Shown here: piece by piece, positions 1 through 8,774 of the stretch
Layout: every line of letters starts with the position of its first letter
Numbering within the stretch: the stretch's first letter is position 1
Origin: Vulcanimicrobiales bacterium
GTDB lineage: Bacteria > Vulcanimicrobiota > Vulcanimicrobiia > Vulcanimicrobiales > Vulcanimicrobiaceae
Assembly: GCA_038215615.1 (NCBI GenBank)
Contig: JBBQQR010000006.1
Span: 60,986-124,985 of the forward strand
Length of the DNA stretch: 64,000 nucleotides
Reading direction: 5' to 3'
Made by a program: the position numbers and the translations under genes
Notes under the pieces: generated by a model
The model's input: the letters and a program-made list of their open reading frames with translations, nothing else
What the model was told of the DNA's origin: nothing
The model's database searches: none

Positions 1-2
1 GG

Positions 3-2174
3 GTACAGTGGGTGCTGGCCACGCGCTCGACATTAGATCTGCCGGTCGCGAGTTGGCTTGCTTACGGCGAAGCGCATTTCGTCATCGGCGATCGCGATCT
101 GCGCTTCTTAGACGACGAAGCGCTCGAGCTTTCCCAAGGCGCAGGGCAAGTCTGGTCGCCGCGGGCGCTTCGGGGCGTGATGGACGCGACGTCGGGTTGG
201 CCCGTCGCATTGGGGCTTGCGCTGCGAAGCACGAGCGTATTGAACGGCGCCGATCTTTCACACTCTACGCGCGAGGTACTGTTCCAATACCTGGCGGAGC
301 AAGTCTATGCCGACCTTTCGCCGGAAGAGCGCGAGCTGTTGCATTTTGCCGCATACTTACCGTCGATCGATATCGGCGTTCTCGAAGTTGCCGGCTATCG
401 CACCAGTGCGAGAATGTTGGAAACAGTCCGACGAAGAGCGACATTTCTTTCGCTCGAATCCCCGGGCAGATACAAGTGCCACGATCTATTTCGCGAATTC
501 TTGCGAAGTCAGTTCGAACTGAATGATCCGGCGGAGGCGAAATGCTCACAGGAGAAGGCGGCCTCAGCTTTGGAGCGGAGCAGCGATGTTGTCGCAGCGT
601 TGCGCCTCTACTCGAAGCTACATGCGACACCCGCGATTTTGCGGATCCTGCGCGAGCACGGCTTTAACCTAATGGATCACTCTCACGGTGATGTTGTAGA
701 AAGCGCGCTGCAAGCGGTGCCGCCGAACGTGCGATCTGCCGACGCCATCATCCTCGGCTTGCGCGCCCAACGTGCCGCCGATGCCGGACACTTGGAGCGC
801 GCCGAAGCGCTGTTCAGGCGTGCGCTAGACTCCACGAAGGATACCGACGCGCGCCTAACACTTGCGGTCTCTTTCGCGGTTTTGCAAAGGAACCAATCGC
901 GCTCCGTTAATGAGATTCTTGGTCCCCTAGACGCATCTGCGGGGCGACTTGAGTTGCGAGCCGAGATGGCTGCCTTGCTCGCGACCGACAGCGCGCTGTC
1001 AAACGAACAAAATAGCGCTAAGGAAAGGGTCGCGGCGGCAGAGCAGTTCTGCGCGCTTATTGAATCGCAGGAGGTTCGCGCCAAGCTACTTTTGCGAATC
1101 GGAATCGCTAAAATGACGCTGGGCTACGCTGCTGACGAAGTGCTGTCAGGATTGTCAGAGGCCGCTACCTTAGCGGAAAGAATTGGGATGCTTGGCATCG
1201 CGGCTAGAGCATATAATGTTCTGGGCATGGCGCAGTTGTTCTGTCTAAACGCGCCGGACAAAACACTAGAATCCGAAAAGAAAGGTGCAATTGCCGCCAT
1301 AAAGAGCGCCGATCGCTTTGCCCTACAAGCTTCAATTACATGCTCAATTACGGCGGAAACAAACCTTGGAAATGCGCGGGCATTAGAACCGTTGCTATCG
1401 CGCCTTAGCGACGCTGCCATATCGGACGCGGAACGGCTGCGCTCCATTAGATCTTACACGCGAGCCACGATTTGTGCTTGGAATGGGCATCTTCAAGACG
1501 CCGTCGTGCTGATGGGCGACCTAGTGTCAAATAATTACGGTTATTATGATTTCGACCAACTGTTCAACATGGCAAGCCATGCTTTATTTGCGGCGGCATG
1601 CGACGATATTTCGGCGAGCAGGAAGCTGCTGGTTGCCGCGGCCGAAAAAAGCAGGCACTGTAAAGTTCCACATGCGTACGCCAAAGCGAAATGGGGCGTT
1701 GCAACCGTGTTTTGTGCAACCGCGGAATATCTAAACGGCCGTCGACAACGCGCTGGGGAATTACTGAAAACGTTACCGATGGACTCCCCTGCGTCCGTGA
1801 TGCGCCTAAGCGAGACGCTAAATGTATTTTTACAGGGAGGTAGCGATTGGAACGATGACGTGTCGACCTTAGTAAAATCAGTCGCGGGCGGATACACCGG
1901 TGCAGCTCGGACGCTTGAGGCGTGCATGAAGTATTGGGCGGCTCTACACGGTGTGGGCGCTCGGCCAAGTGGCGCCTTGACGCCGGCTGAACGACGCGTA
2001 TTGTTTGATTTAGAAGCGGGGGAAAGTCCCAAGGAAATTGCTGCTCGCACGGGGCGGAGTATTCACACGATTCGAACGTTGATTCAGCGATCTATTCAGA
2101 AGCTTGGTTGTCAGGGACGTCATGAGGCTTTGGCGATGGCTCGACGGTCCGGAGTATTCACGATAGATCTCTAG
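3..2174 (+). CDS. MalT-like ATP-dependent LuxR-family transcriptional regulator (5'-truncated by window edge)
   Basis: Frame is open from the window edge. Contains DLRF..E, T.GWP.AL, YLAEQV and CHDLFREFL MalT-type motifs, a helical middle region and a C-terminal LuxR HTH (LTPAERRVL...SPKEIA...TIRT...KLG). Paralog of the next gene. Confidence 0.85.
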   Translation, partial: VQWVLATRSTLDLPVASWLAYGEAHFVIGDRDLRFLDDEALELSQGAGQVWSPRALRGVMDATSGWPVALGLALRSTSVLNGADLSHSTREVLFQYLAEQVYADLSPEERELLHFAAYLPSIDIGVLEVAGYRTSARMLETVRRRATFLSLESPGRYKCHDLFREFLRSQFELNDPAEAKCSQEKAASALERSSDVVAALRLYSKLHATPAILRILREHGFNLMDHSHGDVVESALQAVPPNVRSADAIILGLRAQRAADAGHLERAEALFRRALDSTKDTDARLTLAVSFAVLQRNQSRSVNEILGPLDASAGRLELRAEMAALLATDSALSNEQNSAKERVAAAEQFCALIESQEVRAKLLLRIGIAKMTLGYAADEVLSGLSEAATLAERIGMLGIAARAYNVLGMAQLFCLNAPDKTLESEKKGAIAAIKSADRFALQASITCSITAETNLGNARALEPLLSRLSDAAISDAERLRSIRSYTRATICAWNGHLQDAVVLMGDLVSNNYGYYDFDQLFNMASHALFAAACDDISASRKLLVAAAEKSRHCKVPHAYAKAKWGVATVFCATAEYLNGRRQRAGELLKTLPMDSPASVMRLSETLNVFLQGGSDWNDDVSTLVKSVAGGYTGAARTLEACMKYWAALHGVGARPSGALTPAERRVLFDLEAGESPKEIAARTGRSIHTIRTLIQRSIQKLGCQGRHEALAMARRSGVFTIDL

Positions 2175-2222
2175 CATGTTGCATCTGGAGGAGCAGACCA
2201 GAGCACGCCTAAGGCATCCGTA

Positions 2223-4865
2223 ATGATTAGGCCAGTCAGGGCAGATGGCCACGTGGAGCGAGGCGGGATCTTTACTCCGGTTGTTCGGCCGCGAGTCATC
2301 GACAGAATTGCGTCCGCGGCCTCTCAGAGGGTTGTTCTGGTTGTTGCTCCCGCCGGCTACGGTAAATCACTTGCCGTCGGCCAATACCTGGACACCTCGA
2401 GTGAGCCCTACGTGCGTTTTGATGCTAAGCCTGAACACGCGCGTCTGTTAGGATTCCTTCGTGGTTTTGCCGATGCGCTGTCGACAGTTACTGTGGATGC
2501 GCGGCGAACGCTCAAGGCCGCCTACGAAGCAAGTTGCCCGTCAAGAACGCAGGGCGCGGATCTAGCGATGTGGATGCATTCGCACATCAAGAGCTATTCG
2601 GGGTTAATTGTAATCGATGATTTGCATGTTACTGAGGCAGATTGTGAAGTAACAGAGTTTTTATCCACCTTGGTCGCTCTCTCGCGTGGACGTACGAGAT
2701 GGCTGCTCGCGTCAAGATCTACACTAGATTTACCGGTTGGTTCGTGGCTGGCATACGGCGACATGGATCTGACAATCGATGAGCATGATCTGCGATTCAC
2801 GCTGGAAGAGGCGCGACAGGCTGGGAAGGCCGCGCGCGTCACCGTCCGGGATGAAGAGCTTGAACAGCTATTGCTGATGACGCAAGGCTGGCCAACCGCG
2901 TTAAGTTTCGCTTTGCGTTCATCGACGAGATCCGTAGATCTCAAGAATATCCAGGCAAACACGTTGGAAATGGTGTACCGTTATCTCGCCGAGCAAGTAT
3001 ATCGGGGCCTAAATAGTGAAGAGCGAGATTTACTGCACTTTATCTCGTACCTCGACGAAATAGACATTCCTGTGCTTCGCAAAGCCGGCTATACGCACGC
3101 CAAGCGCATTATCGAGAGTCTCCGAGATCGGGTTGCGTTTATATATTCGGATAAGCCATCGATTTATGGTTGCCACGATTTGTTTCGTGGATTCCTTCGG
3201 CATCAGCTCGAGTTAAGTGGGGACGCAGCCGTTCTTGCCACTCAATTGAAGGCGGCGCGAGCGCTTGAAGCGGTTAACAATGTCCCGGCCGCGCTTCGAA
3301 TATTCGCGCAAGCGCTTTCTGCAGATGACGTCTTGCGGTTGCTCGAAACCCATGGTTTGGAACTCGCGGAGCAGGGTCACGGCGATGTAGTACAAGTTGT
3401 CCTCACAATCGTACCTCATGACATACGTGCCAAAAATCCCTACGTGTTGGGTATTCGCGGAATCGTGATGGGAGATGCCGGTAGGCTTGATCGTGCCGAA
3501 TCACTCCTGCAGCGAGCCATCGCAGGCGCTAAAGACGTAGCTTTAAGAGCAACGCTCGCCATAAAACTAGCTTTAATTCTCGCGAACCAGATGAAAGAAA
3601 CAGCTAGCGTCCTGGAGCCTCTAAAGTCCGAACCACTTTCGAAGAATTTGCGTAGCGAGGTTCTCAGTCTTCTCGCGATTGCGTATGCGTACGCCGCTCG
3701 GCCAGAACAGGCGGAAGAGGCGGCACGTGAGGCGGAGCTTTTGGCGTCTGAGCTAGACAATGACCAAGATCGCGCGAAGGTGTTTCACCGTATCGCAATT
3801 GCGGAAGCTCGACTGGGCTTGCCTTTTGAGAAAGTGCTTGCTATGCAGGAACGAGCGGCTAGCCTTGCTTCAGAGCAGGGTTTGTTTGGTTTGGCAGGGC
3901 GTTGTTTTTCATCGTTGGCTAGCATCGCGCTTTTCTACGAAGGCGATATTACAAGAGAAATTTGGTATGCCCAGCAGGCATCTACGGCGTCGATGAAAGC
4001 CGGCGATCGAATAAATTTGCAGACGGCCCTACTGCAGTTAATTGATATCGAGGGTCGGCGCGGCGATGCCGAGCGAATTCTGACGCTGGAAAAGCAGCTC
4101 GCCGCCGTAGCTACGACAGACGCAAACCGGCTTGTGTACGTGGTTCCGGTTCGCGCTCTATTTGCCGCATGGCAGGGAAAGTTTGATGAAGCGCACCGTC
4201 TTATGGCGACTGTCGCCGGCAATGCCCGCTTCTTTGATTTCGATCGCGCCCTCAATGCTGCGATCGATGCCGTACTTTTATTGGCCGACGGTCGGCGCGA
4301 GGAGGCTCTCGCCGCCACTTCTCAGGCGCTGGCGGAGATCGAAAAGGGAGTATCGCCTTTGCCGCACGCAAGGCGTCAGAACGAAATAGCAAAACTGTTC
4401 TGTTGTATAGTAGAAAGCCTCGCAGGTCGTCAGTTAAATGCTCAGCGGCTTCTACGTGTTAAGCCACTGACTCACGGCCCGGCGGTTCAGGCTTTTCGAA
4501 ATGCTGCAGCGGCCGTCTTGCGGATGAATAAAACCGATTGTGTAGACACGCTGACGGAACACTTCGAGGGTATCTCACTCGCTGGCTACGGCGGCTTCGC
4601 GCGTGTTCTGGGACTGGCAATAGAGAAGATTCTGAACTCTGGTGCGAGTGACGAGGAATTGACTCAGACCCAGATCCAGATCTTGGAGGCTTTAGCTTTG
4701 GGCCGGACCCCTAAAGAAATCGCCCGCGAGAGCGAGCGGAGCCTTTACACTATCCAAACACATATCCAGAACATCATAAAACGGCTCGGGTGCAGCGGTA
4801 GGCACGAAGCGCTTGTAATTGCTCGTGCGCGCGGTCTACTGAACGACGCCGGCGCACCATCCTGA
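2223..4865 (+). CDS. MalT-like STAND ATPase / LuxR-family transcriptional regulator
   Basis: VVRPRV start, Walker A APAGYGKS, Walker B LIVIDDLH, TQGWP motif and C-terminal LuxR HTH. Confidence 0.9.
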   Translation: MIRPVRADGHVERGGIFTPVVRPRVIDRIASAASQRVVLVVAPAGYGKSLAVGQYLDTSSEPYVRFDAKPEHARLLGFLRGFADALSTVTVDARRTLKAAYEASCPSRTQGADLAMWMHSHIKSYSGLIVIDDLHVTEADCEVTEFLSTLVALSRGRTRWLLASRSTLDLPVGSWLAYGDMDLTIDEHDLRFTLEEARQAGKAARVTVRDEELEQLLLMTQGWPTALSFALRSSTRSVDLKNIQANTLEMVYRYLAEQVYRGLNSEERDLLHFISYLDEIDIPVLRKAGYTHAKRIIESLRDRVAFIYSDKPSIYGCHDLFRGFLRHQLELSGDAAVLATQLKAARALEAVNNVPAALRIFAQALSADDVLRLLETHGLELAEQGHGDVVQVVLTIVPHDIRAKNPYVLGIRGIVMGDAGRLDRAESLLQRAIAGAKDVALRATLAIKLALILANQMKETASVLEPLKSEPLSKNLRSEVLSLLAIAYAYAARPEQAEEAAREAELLASELDNDQDRAKVFHRIAIAEARLGLPFEKVLAMQERAASLASEQGLFGLAGRCFSSLASIALFYEGDITREIWYAQQASTASMKAGDRINLQTALLQLIDIEGRRGDAERILTLEKQLAAVATTDANRLVYVVPVRALFAAWQGKFDEAHRLMATVAGNARFFDFDRALNAAIDAVLLLADGRREEALAATSQALAEIEKGVSPLPHARRQNEIAKLFCCIVESLAGRQLNAQRLLRVKPLTHGPAVQAFRNAAAAVLRMNKTDCVDTLTEHFEGISLAGYGGFARVLGLAIEKILNSGASDEELTQTQIQILEALALGRTPKEIARESERSLYTIQTHIQNIIKRLGCSGRHEALVIARARGLLNDAGAPS

Positions 4866-5098
4866 CGGCCAACGGCATACTGATCTTTAATTAGAGACCT
4901 AAAGCGCAGTCCGGGCTATTCTAAGAGCTAATCACACGAGTTTCTCAAGGAGCATTTGAAGTGGATTCTCTTGTCTTAGCTATAGAACTTATTTTTGTCG
5001 GTACCGTCCCCCCGACAATCGGATAGTCGGGCACCACCCTGACCGTATATACGCGAATTAGTTCGCTCGGATCGGACCTATCGCTGCTTACAAAGGCC

Positions 5099-6007
5099 GT
5101 GATCGAGCAGCTCCAAGATCCGACGTTGGTGGGAGATCCGGGCCTGGAAAGGTCGATTGAGGCGCTCCTCGATCGGCTTTGCATGTCGGTCAACCTCTCG
5201 AAACCCGTCGGTTTGAGCAATTGGGCGGTGCGCGAGGGGAACCGGTTGGGGACGGCACGCGCGAGCGAACTCGCGTCAGCTGCCCTTCATGTCGTGGCCG
5301 GCGAGGCCGCCCGTTTCGATCTCGACCACGGGCGGCTCTTGGCGTTCATGGAGGTGTTGCGCTCCGAGATCGTCTCGGAGTTAGCGTGGCACAAAAATGG
5401 AAAGCCTGAAGAACCGGCCGAATACTCCGAGAGCACTCGCGCGTTATTGGCAATGTTAGGCGAACGGGACTCGGCGACGTGCTGCCATTCCCGCGCAACG
5501 GGCGAATGGGCGCGCCGTCTGTGCGCCGCGATGGCAATTCTGCCTGAGAAAGCGGAATTGATAAAACTTTGCGCAGTATTGCACGACATCGGCAAAATTT
5601 CCACGCCCGAGGCCATTCTTTTCAAACGCGGCACGTTTACGGAAGACGAGTGGGCGATCATGCGCGACCATTCGGCCGCCGGACAGCGCGTTCTGGATCA
5701 AATACCGACCCTGGCAAAATGCGCCCTGATCGTCAGAGCGCATCACGAGCGCTGGGACGGCACCGGCTATCCCGACGGCTTAGCGGGCGAAAACATTCCG
5801 TTTGAAGCGCGCGTCGTCGCCGTGGCGGACGCCTTTCATGCGATGATTAGTGAGCGTCCGTACCGCAAGGCTATACCTCCGCGTCAGGCCCTGGAGATAT
5901 TGGAGGCGGGCCGCGGCACACAATGGGATGCCGGCGTTGTCGACGCGATGCTAGGCTTATTTCGAAAGTCACGTGAGCGCCACGAGGTCCGCGCTTCGAG
6001 CGCATAG
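5099..6007 (+). CDS. HD-GYP domain protein (cyclic dinucleotide phosphodiesterase family)
   Basis: LHDIGK, HHERWDGTGYPDGL, VADAFHAM, RPYR motifs; about 100 aa unrecognised N-terminal region. Confidence 0.92.
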   Translation: MIEQLQDPTLVGDPGLERSIEALLDRLCMSVNLSKPVGLSNWAVREGNRLGTARASELASAALHVVAGEAARFDLDHGRLLAFMEVLRSEIVSELAWHKNGKPEEPAEYSESTRALLAMLGERDSATCCHSRATGEWARRLCAAMAILPEKAELIKLCAVLHDIGKISTPEAILFKRGTFTEDEWAIMRDHSAAGQRVLDQIPTLAKCALIVRAHHERWDGTGYPDGLAGENIPFEARVVAVADAFHAMISERPYRKAIPPRQALEILEAGRGTQWDAGVVDAMLGLFRKSRERHEVRASSA

Positions 6008-6032
6008 GCACCGCTATTCCGGGTAGTGGGCT

Positions 6033-6066
6033 GGGCGCACCGAAAGGTGCGCCCTTCATTTTTTTG
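6033..6066 (+). terminator. Rho-independent terminator
   Basis: GGGCGCACC-GAAA-GGTGCGCCC hairpin followed by TTCATTTTTTT. Confidence 0.85.
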
Positions 6067-6105
6067 TGCCAACCAGTTGGCACTCAGATGCCCCATACTC
6101 GCACC

Positions 6106-6555
6106 ATGGAGTACATGATCGGCGCGGGAGCTATCCTGGAGGCGGGCGAGGGCGCCAAGGTTACGGCGGCAATGCTGCATGCCCGCGTCGACCCCATTCT
6201 AGCTCGCTCGGTTAAAGCTGCGGCGGTAGATTTCGACGGGAACTCGGCTGCCGCGCTGCGCCGGCTCCTGGTGTTGGTGCCCGGGTGGAACGCTGGGAGG
6301 TTCCGCTCGCGCGTGACCCATCCGCTCATCGAGCGCGGGACATGCTCGCTGGCCGACGTGCTCTCCATGCTCGCCGCTGCCGCTCGGGCGCCGGAAATTC
6401 ACTTGTTCGCACATTGGTTTCCCGACGATGCGACGTGCGCTGCCCTAAAGCAGCGCGGGATCGGATTGGTGGTGCATCCTTTGGAAGCCATTGAATCGGC
6501 CGCGGTCGTCGCGGGCCAGCGGCATACCCGGTGGAAGACCCGCCGGGCAGCCTAG
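6106..6555 (+). CDS. Hypothetical protein
   Basis: ORF fills the gap between the terminator and the response regulator; start uncertain (6088 or 6106). Confidence 0.6.
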   Translation: MEYMIGAGAILEAGEGAKVTAAMLHARVDPILARSVKAAAVDFDGNSAAALRRLLVLVPGWNAGRFRSRVTHPLIERGTCSLADVLSMLAAAARAPEIHLFAHWFPDDATCAALKQRGIGLVVHPLEAIESAAVVAGQRHTRWKTRRAA

Positions 6556-6596
6556 TTCAGCCCCCTCTAAGGGTGAGGGTCGACCATCAGTCATAC

Positions 6597-7280
6597 ATGC
6601 CCGATATGCAACCGACCCGCGTGGCGGTAGTCGACGATGACCGCTTCGTCCGCGAAATGCTCGAACTCGGCCTCTCCCGCGAGGGGTTCATCGTAAAAAC
6701 CGCTGCCGACGGGGTCGCCGCGCTTCAGCTCGTGCGCGACTGGGCGCCGGAAGCGATCGTGCTCGACGTCATGATGCCGAAGATCGATGGGTTGGCCCTG
6801 CTGCCAAAATTGCGCGAGATCACGCAAGCTCCGATCCTGATGCTCACCGCCAAAGGTGAGACCGCCGACAAAGTCGCGACGCTGGGAGCAGGCGCCGACG
6901 ATTATTTGGTCAAGCCGTTCATTTTCGAAGAACTCATCGCGCGGCTGCAAGCGAAGCTCCGGCGTCCGCAACTGATTGAAGAGCAAGTCTTTCGTTGGCA
7001 CGACGTTGCCATCAATCCCGATACGCGCGAAGCATGGCATGGCCGCGACGCCCTCGATCTCACACAGAGAGAATTCGATTTGCTCGCGGTCTTCATGCGC
7101 GAGCCGCGGCGAGTGTTTAGCAAAGACCACTTGCTCGAACTGGTCTGGGGTCACGACTTCGAAGGCGGCCCAAACATTGTAGAAACATACATTTCTTATT
7201 TGCGCGCGAAGATCGATCAGCCCGATCAAGGTTCATTTTTCCGTACGGTGCGCGGCGTCGGCTACGGCCTGGCACAGTAG
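6597..7280 (+). CDS. OmpR/MprA-like response regulator
   Basis: Receiver domain (VVDDD, LDVMMP, LTAK, GADDYLVKPF) and winged-helix domain (LTQREFDLL, VETYISYLRAK, TVRGVGY). Confidence 0.95.
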   Translation: MPDMQPTRVAVVDDDRFVREMLELGLSREGFIVKTAADGVAALQLVRDWAPEAIVLDVMMPKIDGLALLPKLREITQAPILMLTAKGETADKVATLGAGADDYLVKPFIFEELIARLQAKLRRPQLIEEQVFRWHDVAINPDTREAWHGRDALDLTQREFDLLAVFMREPRRVFSKDHLLELVWGHDFEGGPNIVETYISYLRAKIDQPDQGSFFRTVRGVGYGLAQ

Positions 7281-7283
7281 GGG

Positions 7284-8774
7284 GTGGTGCGGAGTTCGCT
7301 GGCCTCCCGCTTGGCGGGTCTGTACACGTTGCTTCTGGGAATTACGGTATTTCTGGTTATCGTCGCATCTTCAATCGCCCTGATTTATGAACTGACCGGT
7401 TTTAGCCGCGACATCATCATCGCCAAGCACGACGAAGCGCGTACCTTGGCCGAGCAATATCACATGCAAGGCGTGAGCCTCAGTAAAGCTGCGCCCGACA
7501 TTGCGCGCGAACTGAGCGGCATCGGGCTTCAGGTCGCGGTCTTCGACGAAAAAGGAAAATATTTGGCGGGCGATCGGACGTTGCGGCCGCCGCTGCTCAC
7601 GCGGGTCCTGAACGGGCGTATCGAAATCGCGCAGCCGCCGGGATCGCGGGTCGGCGTTTTCGGGCCTTTTCCGCACCCGTTTCCGGCGGGGCGGACAATG
7701 CTGACGATCCGCCGCGGAACCGACTTCAGCGTCCCGGCGCGCGGCCCGGACTTCCGGTACTTAATCGCGGTCGATGGCGGCTTTGTGGCGTTCATGCCGT
7801 CGCCCTGGATCATTTTTGCAAATCTTGGGCCGTATTGGCTGATTATCGTGTCCATCGGCATCGCTGCCATTTTACTCTCCTGGTTTATCGGCCGCGTCTT
7901 TTCGCGTCACGCCCTAGCCCCGCTGACCGAAGTCACCGGTTCGTTGCAGGCGCTGGCGCTTGGTGATTACACGCAGCGCCGGTTCATCGCGGCAGGCGGA
8001 GACGAGATCGCGCAGTTGACGCAAGCCTACAACGACGCCGCTGCCAGCGTGGCCAGCGCGATGGACGAACGCAAAAATACCGAAGCGCGGATGCGCCAGT
8101 TTGTCGCCGACGCAGGTCACGAGCTGCGAACGCCGCTGACCGTTATCGCGGGCTACATAGACGTTCTACGCCGCGGCGCGATTGAAGAACCGAAAGTCGC
8201 CAAGCAGATCTTGGCGACGATGGCGCTTGAAAAAGAGCACATGCGCGGTTTGATCGATCGTCTGATGCGGTTGGCGCGCATGGATGCGGAAGCGCCTCCG
8301 GCACCGATGCCAATCGACGTACGCGAATTTCTTAGCGATCAGTCCGATGCGGCGCGCAGGTTCGACGAACAGCGCCACATCGACTATAGCGTCGAAGGCG
8401 TCAAGGAGATTTTCGCGGACCGGGCCGAGTTGGGCGAAGCGTTTTGGAATATTTTAGAAAATGCGCTGAAGTATGCGCCGGGGGCGCCGGTGCACTTGCG
8501 CGCGGAAGCCGACGGTGAAGAAGTCGTCTTGACCGTCAGCGACCAGGGACCCGGTATGACCGAGGGGGAACGGCTGCACGCCTTTGAGCGGTTCTATCGC
8601 GGCGACGCTCGCGGCGAGATGCCGGGCACCGGACTTGGCCTGGCGATTGCCAAACGGGCGGTCGACCGCGCCGGGGGCACGATTCGCTTAGATAGCGCGC
8701 CCGGGCACGGGACGACCGTGACCATCCGCCTTCCTCAGGTATTTCCCAAGGGTGAAGTGGTACAAGAATCTTGA
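7284..8774 (+). CDS. HAMP-domain sensor histidine kinase
   Basis: Two TM segments, HAMP, H-box DAGHELRTPL, N-box NILENALKY, G-boxes DQGPG and GTGLGL. Confidence 0.95.
   Translation: MVRSSLASRLAGLYTLLLGITVFLVIVASSIALIYELTGFSRDIIIAKHDEARTLAEQYHMQGVSLSKAAPDIARELSGIGLQVAVFDEKGKYLAGDRTLRPPLLTRVLNGRIEIAQPPGSRVGVFGPFPHPFPAGRTMLTIRRGTDFSVPARGPDFRYLIAVDGGFVAFMPSPWIIFANLGPYWLIIVSIGIAAILLSWFIGRVFSRHALAPLTEVTGSLQALALGDYTQRRFIAAGGDEIAQLTQAYNDAAASVASAMDERKNTEARMRQFVADAGHELRTPLTVIAGYIDVLRRGAIEEPKVAKQILATMALEKEHMRGLIDRLMRLARMDAEAPPAPMPIDVREFLSDQSDAARRFDEQRHIDYSVEGVKEIFADRAELGEAFWNILENALKYAPGAPVHLRAEADGEEVVLTVSDQGPGMTEGERLHAFERFYRGDARGEMPGTGLGLAIAKRAVDRAGGTIRLDSAPGHGTTVTIRLPQVFPKGEVVQES

Noticed and set aside
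3..4865. Avs/NLR-type anti-phage system
   Set aside because: C-terminal LuxR HTH and MalT-type motifs indicate transcription regulators; no nuclease or TIR effector seen
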